Assembly: GCA_964642905.1 (NCBI GenBank)
Contig: CAZXPU010000002.1
Span: forward strand, 34,154-98,153
DNA length: 64,000 nucleotides
Direction of reading: 5' to 3'
Source: an uncultured Brevifollis sp.
GTDB lineage: Bacteria > Verrucomicrobiota > Verrucomicrobiia > Verrucomicrobiales > Verrucomicrobiaceae
Positions within the stretch are counted from its first letter, which is position 1. Each line of letters opens with the position of its first letter. The notes under the pieces were generated by a model, which was not told the origin of the DNA, ran no database searches, and was given only the letters and a program-made list of their open reading frames with translations. Below, one piece after another: positions 9,488 to 19,389 of this stretch. A program made the translations under genes and the position numbers.

Positions 9488-10972
9488 CGCGGCCCCCGCC
9501 TTGCGCCTCGCCGCTTGTTTCGCCGAAGCCTCCTCCGCACCAAGCGCCAGCCCGTTGTCCAGCGGCATCGACTGATGCCAGGCCAGAAGCGCCCGCGTCA
9601 TCCGCTCGACGACCCCGGCATTCGCCGAAGCCATATTCTCCGCCTCACCGCGATCCTTGCTCAAATCATAGAGCTGCGGCTTCGTGCCGTCGTATTCACA
9701 GAGCAGCTTCCACGAACCCTCGCGCATCGCCAGGTCAGGCAGCCGCTCCGGCAGCGACGGAGAGGCCGTCTTCCGATCCGGCGGACGCCTCCAGAAAATC
9801 GGCGCCCTGCGCGAGGCCTCCGACTTGCCAAGCAGAACCGGCGCAAGATTTTCACCATCCAAAGCCGTCCCAGCCGCATCAACCCCAGCCACGGCCAGCA
9901 GCGAGGGCACCAGGTCAAACGCGGCAAAGACCGACTCCGTGTTGACGCCACCCGCCTTCGCCGGATCGATCAGGCCCGGCCCCCAGACGATCAACGGCGA
10001 CCGCGTGCCTCCTTCATAGAGCGTCGTCTTGGAGCCCCGGAACGGCCCCGCGCTGCCCGCCCCGGGCTCCGGGCCGTTGTCCGAGCAGATCAGCAGCAGC
10101 GTGTTGTCACGCAGCCCGGGCGTGGAGCGAAGGTGATCGAAAAGCCTTCCAAACTGGCGGTCCATCGCCTCCAGCACGGCCAGGTATTTGCCACGCTTGT
10201 CCTCCGCCCACTTCTCCACCGTCGGCCACCACGGACCATGCACGTCGTCCGGCCAGAGGTTGATGTAAAAAGGCCTGCCGGCCGCCGCCGCACGCTTCAT
10301 GAAAGGAATCGCCGCATTCACAAATCCCCCCGTGATCTCGCTGCGCTGCATCCACACCACCGGGCCGCCCAGGCGCTCCGCATCCTCCCAGATGCGACCG
10401 GGCTCCTTGTCGCCCGGCTTCCTCGTCATCGGCAGCAGCTTGGGCCCCATGCCCTCAAAGTTGGTCAGGCTCTCGTCGAAGCCGTAGGCGCTGATCGGCG
10501 GCGCGTCATCGACGTCACGCTGCCCGCCCAGGTGCCATTTGCCAAAGTGCCCCGTGGCATAACCGCCCTGCTTCAGCAGCCGTGCCAGCGTCGGCGCCTT
10601 CGGATCCAGCCACTGCGCCACGCCACGCCTCTCGTTCTGCGCCCGGTTGTCCAGATAGGAGCTGATCCGCCAGCGCTGCGGATACTGCCCCGTCGTCAAC
10701 GCGCAGCGTGAGGGCGAGCAGATGGGCGAGTTGACATGAAAGTCTTCAAACCGGATCCCCTCCGCCGCGATGCGGTCGATGTTCGGTGTCTTCGCGTCCT
10801 TGTTGCCAAAGCAGGAAAAATCCCCCCACCCCATGTCGTCGATGAAGACCATCACGATGTTGGGCTGCCCCTGCTTCGCCTGGGCCAGGCCAGCCGGCTC
10901 AACCACAGCAAACAGCAGCCCAAGCTCCAGCATGAGCGACAGCTTTTTCATCATGGGTTGGATCATGGTCAT
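9479..10972 (-). CDS. Cys-type sulfatase (arylsulfatase family), secreted
   Basis: PNIVMVFIDDMG, CSPSRCALTTG (CxPxR), GKWHLG, SDNG, LYEGGTRSP. Confidence 0.92.
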   Translation of the reverse strand: MTMIQPMMKKLSLMLELGLLFAVVEPAGLAQAKQGQPNIVMVFIDDMGWGDFSCFGNKDAKTPNIDRIAAEGIRFEDFHVNSPICSPSRCALTTGQYPQRWRISSYLDNRAQNERRGVAQWLDPKAPTLARLLKQGGYATGHFGKWHLGGQRDVDDAPPISAYGFDESLTNFEGMGPKLLPMTRKPGDKEPGRIWEDAERLGGPVVWMQRSEITGGFVNAAIPFMKRAAAAGRPFYINLWPDDVHGPWWPTVEKWAEDKRGKYLAVLEAMDRQFGRLFDHLRSTPGLRDNTLLLICSDNGPEPGAGSAGPFRGSKTTLYEGGTRSPLIVWGPGLIDPAKAGGVNTESVFAAFDLVPSLLAVAGVDAAGTALDGENLAPVLLGKSEASRRAPIFWRRPPDRKTASPSLPERLPDLAMREGSWKLLCEYDGTKPQLYDLSKDRGEAENMASANAGVVERMTRALLAWHQSMPLDNGLALGAEEASAKQAARRKAGAASR

Positions 10973-12351
10973 GGAGCAGCCTTTCCTTTCTTTTTGCCCA
11001 GAAGGCGGAATTCGTCCGTCAACAGCAGCGGCCTGCCCGACACAAGCTGCGCGTCATTCGTGCTTTTCATCCAGGTGTCCAATCCCTGCCGCAGTTCGGC
11101 AAGTGGGGCCGCATGAGCGGATTCGGCAGCCAGGTTGTTCAGTTCAAAGGGATCGGCATCCAGGTCGTACAGCTCCTCGGCCGGCCGCTCGCGGTAGCGC
11201 TTCACGAGAAACGCCGCGCGCGGGTCCGTCTGCGCGGCCTTCTCCCAGGAGGCGATGTAGGCGAGGCTGTCCTCATTCACGGCGCGGTCGATGTGCGAGG
11301 TGAAACGAAACTCGGGATGCAGGTTGCGAATGTACTTCCAGCGCTGCGTGCGCATCGAACGGCTCGGATACACGTTCATGTCATTGTCGCCGGTGTGCGT
11401 CGTGAAGATCGCCTCACGATGCCTGTCCGTCCTTCCCAGGAGCACCGGCAGGAAGGATCGGCCGTCCAGGTCCGCCGGAACATGGCCGCCGCCGGCCTCG
11501 ATGAGCGTGGGCAGGATGTCGATCCACTGCACCATGGCGCTTGATCGCACCCCCGCGGCCACCCTGCCCTGCCACTGCACGATCAACGGCACGCGCGTGC
11601 CTTCATCATAGAGGTTCCATTTGCCGAAAGGCAGCTGCGCCCCGTGGTCGCTGGTCTGCAGGAAGAAGGTGTTCCCCGTTCCCAGGCTCTGCCTCGCCGC
11701 CTCATAAACCGCCCCAATCTCCTCATCCATCTTCATCACTGCGTTGATGTAACGTGCGCGGTAATGCCGGAACTCGGGCGTGTCGATGTGCATCGGCTGA
11801 ACCCTCACCTTCGCCGGATCCACACCCTCCGGAGGCGGCAGCGGCACATGCGGCCAGTTCGTGCCAAAGAACAGTGCGAGCGGCTTGCCGCCCTTGCGCT
11901 GTTTCAAAAAGTCCACACAGGCCTGCACGCCGGCATGGTCGTGGTAGCCGTAGTTCTCCGCACGATCAAAGCCCTGCTCGGTGACATGCGCATAATGGCT
12001 CGTCTTGCCGAAGCTCACCGTCTCATAACCAAGCTCCTTCAAATAAGCCGGCAGTCGCTTCAGCCCGGCATGAGGCTTCGCATGGTTCGGCTCCGCCCCG
12101 TTCCTGGCCGGGTAAAGGCCGGTGAAAAGCGCCGCCCGGCTCGGCGCGCAGCTCGGCGAGTTCACAAACGCACGCTCAAACACCAGGCCCGCCGAGGCCA
12201 GGCGGTCGAGGTTCGGCGTCGGGATGTCCGCCGCGCCATAAACGCTCATGTCCGTGGCGCTGTGATCGTCCGCCAGCAGCACGACCAGATGGGGCGGCGC
12301 GGCGGCAAGCGGCGCGACCAGCAGGGTCAGGATCAACCAGGAATGCTTCAT
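10969..12351 (-). CDS. Cys-type sulfatase, secreted
   Basis: PHLVVLLADDH, SCAPSRAALFTG, SDHG, GKWNLYDEGTRVP; start 12351 gives an ATGA overlap with the upstream sulfatase. Confidence 0.92.
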   Translation of the reverse strand: MKHSWLILTLLVAPLAAAPPHLVVLLADDHSATDMSVYGAADIPTPNLDRLASAGLVFERAFVNSPSCAPSRAALFTGLYPARNGAEPNHAKPHAGLKRLPAYLKELGYETVSFGKTSHYAHVTEQGFDRAENYGYHDHAGVQACVDFLKQRKGGKPLALFFGTNWPHVPLPPPEGVDPAKVRVQPMHIDTPEFRHYRARYINAVMKMDEEIGAVYEAARQSLGTGNTFFLQTSDHGAQLPFGKWNLYDEGTRVPLIVQWQGRVAAGVRSSAMVQWIDILPTLIEAGGGHVPADLDGRSFLPVLLGRTDRHREAIFTTHTGDNDMNVYPSRSMRTQRWKYIRNLHPEFRFTSHIDRAVNEDSLAYIASWEKAAQTDPRAAFLVKRYRERPAEELYDLDADPFELNNLAAESAHAAPLAELRQGLDTWMKSTNDAQLVSGRPLLLTDEFRLLGKKKGKAAP

Positions 12352-13805
12352 GGATTCAGCCGATATTCCCGCATCCACCAGGCCAGCCGCTCCGCGTCGG
12401 ACGGCTCCGGCTTCCTCAGGCGTTTTTGCCAGACTTTTTGATAGGTCTTCCGCTTGTCCTCCTGGATCTCCGCCAGCGGCGGCTCGGTCGCGGGATCCCC
12501 GGCCGCCCCCCGGTCATGCGTGGCCTGGATCCATGCGCCCAGCCTGCCAAGCAGGGCTTCCACACGCGGCTTCTGCGCCGGGTCTGAAGCAAGGTTGCGC
12601 AGGCCCTGCGGGTCCAGCTTCAGGTCGAAAAACTCCACCTCCGGCCGTGTCGGCGCCAGCCAGGAGGCCTGGAAGCTGTCGAGTTCACCACGGACTTGCA
12701 GCACCCTCATCAGGGGCATTCCCGGATACTGCTCCTCCTTGTAGCTGGACCAGTTCAACCGTGACAGCTGCGGGTTGAAATGCCTCACCAGCCAGGCGTC
12801 CTCCGTGATGACGGCGCGGATGCGGTCCATCGCATCACCGCAGCGGTCACGCGCCGCGAACAAACAATCACGCACAGGAAACTCCCCCGTCAGAACGTCA
12901 CGGCCCTCCATCCAGCCCGGCACGGCCTGCCCCGCCACGGCCAGCATGGAAGGCGCGAGATCGATCAGGCTCACCAGCCTCCGCTCCACGCCGCCCCGGC
13001 CCACGCCCGGCCCGCGCATCAGCAGCGGCACCTGCAGGCCCTCGACGCTCAGCCACTGCTTCCCCCACGGCATGGCACGGCCGTGATCGGCGAAAAATAC
13101 AACCAGCGTCTCCTCCAGCACCCCCTCCGCCTCCAACTGCGCCAGGATCGCGCCCACGCGGCCGTCCACCACCTCGACGCTGCGCTGATACGCATGCCAG
13201 TCGCGCCGCATCAGCGGATGATCCGGATAGTTCGGCGGCAGTTCGATGGCCTTGAGCGCCTCTTCATCAAAGGACTCCGGCACCGGAAACGGCCGATGGG
13301 GCTCGCTGATCTGATACTGCGCAAAAAAAGGCTGGCCGGGCGCGCGCCGCCGCCAGTCGTCGCCGTCGAAAAGCGTCCTGGCATCGTGGGCAAAATTGTA
13401 ATGCGTCTTGCCCTTCGTGATCCTTTTACCGGAGCGAATGGTGTCCGGCGCCGGGGCGTTGGTGACGAAATAACCGGCCTGCCTCAACAGGGTCGGCAGC
13501 GGCACATAGGGCGCCGGCAGGGGTTGCGGGTTCTCCGTGTCATGCGGATGCAGGCCGGTGGTGGTCTGGTGGCAGCCGAGAATGAAGGCGGAACGTGACG
13601 AACTGCACACCGGCGCCGTGGCATAAGCCCGGGTGAAACGCCTGCCCTCGGCGGCCAGGCGGTCCAGGTTTGGCGTCCGCACCCCCTTTGCCCCCAGAGC
13701 CGCGACGTCCGGAGACATGTCATCCGCAATGATCCAGACCAAGTTAGGCCTTGCCGCCAGGAGAACCGGGCAGAGGAGAAAAAACAGGACGAGCAGACAC
13801 CGCAT
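12348..13805 (-). CDS. Cys-type sulfatase, secreted (CSSSR variant)
   Basis: RPNLVWIIADDM, VCSSSRSAFILG, ADHG, GKQWLSVEGLQVP; signal peptide from ATG 13805. Confidence 0.88.
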   Translation of the reverse strand: MRCLLVLFFLLCPVLLAARPNLVWIIADDMSPDVAALGAKGVRTPNLDRLAAEGRRFTRAYATAPVCSSSRSAFILGCHQTTTGLHPHDTENPQPLPAPYVPLPTLLRQAGYFVTNAPAPDTIRSGKRITKGKTHYNFAHDARTLFDGDDWRRRAPGQPFFAQYQISEPHRPFPVPESFDEEALKAIELPPNYPDHPLMRRDWHAYQRSVEVVDGRVGAILAQLEAEGVLEETLVVFFADHGRAMPWGKQWLSVEGLQVPLLMRGPGVGRGGVERRLVSLIDLAPSMLAVAGQAVPGWMEGRDVLTGEFPVRDCLFAARDRCGDAMDRIRAVITEDAWLVRHFNPQLSRLNWSSYKEEQYPGMPLMRVLQVRGELDSFQASWLAPTRPEVEFFDLKLDPQGLRNLASDPAQKPRVEALLGRLGAWIQATHDRGAAGDPATEPPLAEIQEDKRKTYQKVWQKRLRKPEPSDAERLAWWMREYRLNP

Positions 13806-13963
13806 CCCGGTCATAACGTGAGGGCCGTGCCTGCATTTCAAGCCGAAGGCACCTCAGCCTATCCTGGATGCACGATGCCGCCACCATCTCCACGACTCCG
13901 GGCTGGCCCGCTCTCTGCTGCAACAAAGGTGCCGGCTTTCCCGTTAACCAGCAGTTACCCCCC

Positions 13964-15235
13964 ATGAATCGTCGTCATTTCCTCCTCAGCTCCCTCGGCA
14001 CCACCCTGGCCCTGCCGGGCATGTCCTCACTCATGGCCAAGTCCGCAGGCGGCAGCTCCGCCGTCCGCGCCGCCAAGGGAGCAGGCATCGGAGCCCGCCG
14101 CTTCGTCGCCATCGGCAACCTGCTCGGCTATCAGACCAAGAGCCTTTTCCCGACCACCCAGGGCCGCAGCTACGAGAAGACCGCGCTGCTCGAGCCGGTG
14201 TGGGACGTACGTGACAAGATGACGGTGTTTCGCGGCCTCGACCACGGTGTGAAAGGCGGCCACTTTGCGGTTCATTCGTTCCTTTCCGGCGTGCTCCATT
14301 CCGAGGCCCAGAACCGCCCCGAGGGCAATGTCACCATCGACCAGTTCCTCGCCGACGAGGTGGGCTTCGAGACACGCTTCCCCTCCCTCACCGTCGGCTC
14401 CGAAGGCGGCATCCACGGCGGATGCCAGATCGCCTGGACGAAGTCCGGCGTGCGCGTGCCCCCCGTCACCAACCCGGCCGAGTTGTTTGAAAAATTGTTC
14501 GTCTCCGACTCCCCGGAACGCCGCCTTCGCCGCGTCCAGGACAACAAGGTCCAGGCCTCCATCCTCGACTCCGTCCTTGAGGAGGCCAACCGTCTCTCCA
14601 GGCAGGTCAACAAGGAGGACAAGGACAAGCTCGACGAATATCTGACCTCCGTCCGCGACGTCGAAAAACGCCTCGAACTCCGCCAGCGCTGGACCGACCA
14701 GCCCAAGCCCAAGGCCCCCTTCGACAAGCCCGCCAACCGCAACGCCGTCGAGGACCTGCCCCTGCTCTACGAACTGATCGCCCTCGCGCTCCAGACCGAC
14801 TCCACCCGCATCGCCACGCTTGAAATCGGCGGCGATTTCATGCCCCAGCACCTCGGCATCAAGAAGGACTGGCACGGCCTCTCCCACCACGGCAACGACC
14901 CCGAGGCCATCGCCAGCCTCATCACCCTGGAGAAGTACCAGGTCGAGCATTTCGGCAAGTTCGTCGCCCGCCTTTCCAGGATCAACGACGGCGAGCGCAG
15001 CCTGCTCGACTCCACCACCGTCCTGTTCGGCAGCGGCATGGGCGACGGCAACTCCCACAAGAACTCCGACCTGCCCATCCTGCTGGCCGGCGGCGGCTAC
15101 AAGCACGGCGAGTTCCGCGAGGTGCCGCGCGAAGGCATCAACAAGGTGCCGCTCTGCAACCTCTTCGTCGACATCGCCCAGAAGATGGGCGTGGAAACGG
15201 ATTCGTTCGGCAGCAGCACGGGACGCTTTGCGTAA
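13964..15235 (+). CDS. DUF1552 domain protein, Tat-exported
   Basis: MNRRHFLL twin-Arg signal; HGGHF-like GGHFAVHSFLSG, TIDQFLA, ALQTDSTRIATL, HGLSHH, SGMGDGNSH...DLPILLAGG. Confidence 0.88.
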   Translation: MNRRHFLLSSLGTTLALPGMSSLMAKSAGGSSAVRAAKGAGIGARRFVAIGNLLGYQTKSLFPTTQGRSYEKTALLEPVWDVRDKMTVFRGLDHGVKGGHFAVHSFLSGVLHSEAQNRPEGNVTIDQFLADEVGFETRFPSLTVGSEGGIHGGCQIAWTKSGVRVPPVTNPAELFEKLFVSDSPERRLRRVQDNKVQASILDSVLEEANRLSRQVNKEDKDKLDEYLTSVRDVEKRLELRQRWTDQPKPKAPFDKPANRNAVEDLPLLYELIALALQTDSTRIATLEIGGDFMPQHLGIKKDWHGLSHHGNDPEAIASLITLEKYQVEHFGKFVARLSRINDGERSLLDSTTVLFGSGMGDGNSHKNSDLPILLAGGGYKHGEFREVPREGINKVPLCNLFVDIAQKMGVETDSFGSSTGRFA

Positions 15236-15265
15236 AACTGCGCGACTTTGCGAGCCCATGGCAAC

Positions 15266-15294
15266 ACGGTCATCTTGCACCGCAGGATGATGCC
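15266..15294 (+). repeat. Degenerate REP copy (family A)
   Basis: ACGG TC ATCTTGC ACC GCAGGAT GATGCC resembles GTAA CC ATCTTGC CCC GCAAGAT GAGCCG at 55460. Confidence 0.45.
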
Positions 15295-15330
15295 AGCGTT
15301 CCCGCCAACCCTTCACGTTTCTCCAGTTCG

Positions 15331-17847
15331 ATGACGCATTCCCCTTTGCAGGCCCCTCGCTCTTTTCACCGCACGCGAGGACTGCTTGGCCTCGCCCTTG
15401 CCACCGCCTCCCTGGCCTCCGCCGCCGATGCCCCGCCCAAGGTCGTGCAGCAGTTCCTGGGCAAGTACTGCCTGGAATGCCATGACGCCGACGTCCAGAA
15501 GGGCGACCGCGCCTTCCATGAGTTCACCCTGCCGCTGAAGTCGGTGAACGAGCTCATCGAGGCCCGTGACATCATCGACCAGCTCACGCTCAAGGAGATG
15601 CCGCCGAAAAAGGCGGACCAGCCTTCCGATGACGAACGTCTCGCCATGATTCGTGCGCTGCGCGACGGCACCGTCGCGGCCTACGGCAAGTTCCAGAGCA
15701 CCGGCAGCCGCACTGTCATGCGCCGGCTCTCCAGCCGTGAGTATGAAAGCACCCTCGCCACCCTGTTTGGACGCCGGGTGGACACGCTCGGTCTCACGGC
15801 CGACTTTCCCAAGGAGAAAACCGCCGAGCACATCGACACCATCGGCAAGTCCCTGGTGACCTCCGGCTTCCTCGTCGACCAGTACTTCCAGGCCGCCAAC
15901 CGTCTCGTCGAAGCCCGCCTCGGCAAGCCCGCCATGGACCCCAAGGACTGGCGCTTCAACGGTCACTTCGTGCAGTACGAGGAGCTGCAGGGCTCGCACA
16001 AAAGCGCCTTCAACTACCGCTATCTCAACATCTACGAACAGCCGAACACCGACACCCGCCAGGGCGGCTACGGCCACATCGAGGACTTCAAGCAGGGCGT
16101 TCCCGTCTCCGGCCTCTACGACCTCGAGGTCGAGGCGACGGCCATGCATCGCGACACGCACTACGACCCCGCCATCTTCGGCATCGACTTCTCCGAACCC
16201 TTCATCCTCGGCATCGTGCCCGGCGACGTCACCAAGGGGCACATCCACTACCCCCAGGCCATCGAGCCCCTGCTCGCCAGCACCGTCGTCCCCGACAAGG
16301 AGCCGAAGTGGTTCAAGTTCCGCATCTGGCTCGAGGCAGGTCAGACACCCCGGTTCATCTTCCCCAACGGCCCCTATGAATCCCGCGCCTCGGTGCTCGC
16401 CATCAACAGACGCTACAAGGACGAGTTCAAGGCCGATGTCGGCTCCTCCGGCGTCGGCCGCGCCCACATCCTTCTGGAAGGCAAGCTGCCCCACATCCGC
16501 ATCAGCGAGATCAAGATCCACGGCCCCGTGCCGGAAAATCCCGGCAGTGCCGAGGAGGTGGCCGTGTTCGGCAAAGACGGCTTTCAGGAGGCGCGCGCCC
16601 TCGACCAGCTCTTCGCCTTCGCGGAAAAGGCCTACCGCCGTCCGCTCACCGACGCCGACCGCCAGCCCATCCGCGCCCTGCATGAAAAACGCCTCGCCGA
16701 AAAGGCCTCGCCCCGCCAGGCGGCCCTCGATGCCCTGAAACTCATTCTTTGCTCGCCCAGCTTCCTCTACCTCAGCGAAATCACCGACGAGCCGGAGAAG
16801 GCGCTCAAGCCCCACGACCTCGCCTCCCGCCTCTCCTACGCCCTCTGGACCGCTCCGCCCGATGACGAACTGCTCGCCGCCGCCAGGTCCGGCCGCCTCA
16901 CGCAGTCCGCCGAGCTGAAGAAACAGATCCTTCGCATGCTCGCCGACGACCGCATCAAGGGCTTCATCCACGGCTTCCTCGACAGCTGGCTGAACCTTCG
17001 CGATCTCGGCTCGCAGCCGCCGCCGCGCGAGGTGGTCCGCTTCTACTACGCCGAGGACCTGCCCGCCTCGATGAAGGATGAGGCGCGTCTTTTCTTCCGC
17101 GACCTGCTGAAGAACAACGGCTCCGTCGCCCAGTTCATCGATGCTCAACACACCTTCGTGGACAAGAAGCTCGCGAAACTCTACGAACTGCCCGAACAAA
17201 AAACACTGCGTCTGGCCGACGGTTTCCAGAAGGTCAGCCTCCAGGGCGGCAGCCACCGCGGCGGGCTGCTCGGCATGGCCGCCGTGCTCACCGTCAGCGC
17301 CAACGGCGTCGAAACCTCGCCCGTCACCCGCGGCGTCTGGGTCACGGAAAACATCCTCGGCATCCCGCCGCCCCCGCCGCCGGATGTCGTGCCCGCCATC
17401 GATCCCGACGTCAGCGGCGCCACCACCATCCGTGACCGACTCGCCAAGCATCGCGCCGACGCCGCCTGCGCCGAATGCCATCGCAAGATCGACCCCCTCG
17501 GCTTCAGCCTGGAGACCTTCGACCCCGTCGGACGCTGGCGCAGCAGCTATCCCAGGCCCAAGAACAGCAAGGCCCCGGCCCCGAAGATCGACACCACCGG
17601 CGAGTTCCCCTCCGGCGAGACCTACACCGACTTCGCCAGCTTCAAAAAGGTCATCCACGACACCCGGGAGGATCACTTCACACGCCACCTCATCCGCCAG
17701 GTCCTCAGCTACTCCACCGGCCGTCTCATGGAGCTCAACGATGACCTGGTCATCGACGACCTCCAGGTCAACGTGAAGAAGCAGGGCCTAGGCCTGCACA
17801 CGCTCATGGTCGAATGCCTGATGAGCGAGATCTTCCGGTCGCGGTGA
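15331..17847 (+). CDS. DUF1592-type protein (Planctomycete cytochrome c plus DUF1587/1595/1592/1588/1585 domains)
   Basis: Heme motifs CLECH (N-term) and CAECH; RRLSSREY, LILCSPSFLY, LASRLSYALW, RGGLLGMAAVL, TSPVTRGVWV, IDPLGFSLETFD. Confidence 0.88.
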   Translation: MTHSPLQAPRSFHRTRGLLGLALATASLASAADAPPKVVQQFLGKYCLECHDADVQKGDRAFHEFTLPLKSVNELIEARDIIDQLTLKEMPPKKADQPSDDERLAMIRALRDGTVAAYGKFQSTGSRTVMRRLSSREYESTLATLFGRRVDTLGLTADFPKEKTAEHIDTIGKSLVTSGFLVDQYFQAANRLVEARLGKPAMDPKDWRFNGHFVQYEELQGSHKSAFNYRYLNIYEQPNTDTRQGGYGHIEDFKQGVPVSGLYDLEVEATAMHRDTHYDPAIFGIDFSEPFILGIVPGDVTKGHIHYPQAIEPLLASTVVPDKEPKWFKFRIWLEAGQTPRFIFPNGPYESRASVLAINRRYKDEFKADVGSSGVGRAHILLEGKLPHIRISEIKIHGPVPENPGSAEEVAVFGKDGFQEARALDQLFAFAEKAYRRPLTDADRQPIRALHEKRLAEKASPRQAALDALKLILCSPSFLYLSEITDEPEKALKPHDLASRLSYALWTAPPDDELLAAARSGRLTQSAELKKQILRMLADDRIKGFIHGFLDSWLNLRDLGSQPPPREVVRFYYAEDLPASMKDEARLFFRDLLKNNGSVAQFIDAQHTFVDKKLAKLYELPEQKTLRLADGFQKVSLQGGSHRGGLLGMAAVLTVSANGVETSPVTRGVWVTENILGIPPPPPPDVVPAIDPDVSGATTIRDRLAKHRADAACAECHRKIDPLGFSLETFDPVGRWRSSYPRPKNSKAPAPKIDTTGEFPSGETYTDFASFKKVIHDTREDHFTRHLIRQVLSYSTGRLMELNDDLVIDDLQVNVKKQGLGLHTLMVECLMSEIFRSR

Positions 17848-18105
17848 CCTTCAGGTGAGGCTGCCGGGCCTTGCACAAACGCCGCCTTGCTGGCTCACGC
17901 ACCCTGGGATCAGGGTCAGAGGCCTGTGCGCCGTCTTGCCCCCACATAACGCAAGCGTTCAGTCCACCATGCCGGGACGAACGAAGAACCGGTCCGAAGA
18001 GTTGTCGTCTTGTGCGCTGTCTCATCATGGGTTTCATCGACGGTCCTCAAAACCACCCCGGGCTGGAAGCACCCAAGCGCTGCCAACCTGGCTCGACACC
18101 CGCCC

Positions 18106-19353
18106 ATGAAACATGCCTTGATCGTCTGCCTGGTCCTCGCGGCCTCCTGCCAGCTCCGGGCGCAGGACGCCGCCCGCAACATCGACAAGGCCTGGGACGT
18201 GGTCTGGAACCGCTTCTATCTCCCCAGCGTTCAGACCTTCGGCGACTACCTGAGCAGCTACGACAAAGGCAGGGAGCAGGCGCATCTGCCGACCGCCGCC
18301 GAGGTGAGGCGGCAGTATCCCAACCCCTGCGGCTACAGCACGGGCATGGAGGACGGCGCGATCCTTGGCGGGGCGATGCTCAGCGTGCTGTGCGACCGGT
18401 TTGCAGTGACCGGGGACGAATCACTGCGCCAGAGGGCCGCGGACGTTTTCGCCGGGCTGGAACGCTGCGCCACGGTGCATGGCGTGAAGGGTTTTGTGGC
18501 GCGCAATGTCTGCCCGGAGGATTCCAAAAGCACTTACATCAACTCCTCCCGCGACCAGGTCACCCATTTTGTTCACGGCCTCTGGCAGTATCACCACAGC
18601 CCGCTGCCGGACGAAGCCGCAAAGCAGCGGATCCGCGTGATCCTTGGCGAGGTGGCCGACCGCATGATCGCCTTTGTCACCCCCGAAAATGATTACGACT
18701 TCTGCCGCGCCGACGGCACACGCTGTCCTCTCGGCATCTGCCGCATGTGGAAAGTGCAGCCCCATGAGGCCGCGCGCCTGCCAATGATTTATGCGGCCGC
18801 CTGGGACGTCACCCGGGAGGAACGCCACCGCGTGCAGTGGCGGAAGTACGCCGCCGAAGCCGTCGCGCAGTCCGCGAACCCCGGGGAAAACAAACCCGCC
18901 TACGCCCTGCTCCAGATGCAGTGCTCGCTCGAGCTCCTTCATGAACTGGAGCCTGATGCGGATCTCCGAGATCAAATTGGGCGCCACAGGATTCATGTCC
19001 GCGACCTCGCCGCAAAACGCTTCACCAGCGTGCTCCGCCAGATGGCCGGGAAAAGCCCACAGGAGATGTGCATGACCGGCCCCGACTGGCGCACGGTTCC
19101 CGTCTGGAAAAACCAGAAGGGCTACCCCAACCCCCAGTGGGGCCCGTTTCGTGAAGTCTGGCACCTGACCCGTGAGGCTGGCGAGTCCGCGCTCATCCTG
19201 CTCATGGTCGAACCGCCCTCACTCACGCCCGACCAGCAGGGCGCCCTGCGTGAACTCATTGGCGGCTTTGACTACGACCACAACGCCAGCTGCGGCATCC
19301 TCTACCACCTCGCCGCCTTCTGGAAGGCCCGGCGTCATGGCCTGATCGAATGA
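18106..19353 (+). CDS. Secreted hypothetical protein, helix-rich (possible alpha/alpha barrel hydrolase)
   Basis: Signal peptide MKHALIVCLVLAASCQLRA; EDGAILGG and NSSRDQVTHF motifs; fold is a guess. Confidence 0.7.
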   Translation: MKHALIVCLVLAASCQLRAQDAARNIDKAWDVVWNRFYLPSVQTFGDYLSSYDKGREQAHLPTAAEVRRQYPNPCGYSTGMEDGAILGGAMLSVLCDRFAVTGDESLRQRAADVFAGLERCATVHGVKGFVARNVCPEDSKSTYINSSRDQVTHFVHGLWQYHHSPLPDEAAKQRIRVILGEVADRMIAFVTPENDYDFCRADGTRCPLGICRMWKVQPHEAARLPMIYAAAWDVTREERHRVQWRKYAAEAVAQSANPGENKPAYALLQMQCSLELLHELEPDADLRDQIGRHRIHVRDLAAKRFTSVLRQMAGKSPQEMCMTGPDWRTVPVWKNQKGYPNPQWGPFREVWHLTREAGESALILLMVEPPSLTPDQQGALRELIGGFDYDHNASCGILYHLAAFWKARRHGLIE

Positions 19354-19389
19354 CGGGAAGGATTCCGCCAAACCCACGTTTGCACCAGC

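Noticed and set aside
14027-17688. Very long antisense ORFs (429 aa and 791 aa) opposite DUF1552/DUF1592, with similar ones at 5513-7279, 37280-39277 and 42366-44825
   Set aside because: They are codon-register shadows of real high-GC3 genes, with no family motifs; stops are expected to be rare on the antisense strand at this GC
17986-18009. GAAC-N16-CGTC, ECF-sigma-like promoter upstream of the 18-25 kb operon
   Set aside because: Only 8 informative bases in GC-rich DNA; cannot be distinguished from chance without TSS data
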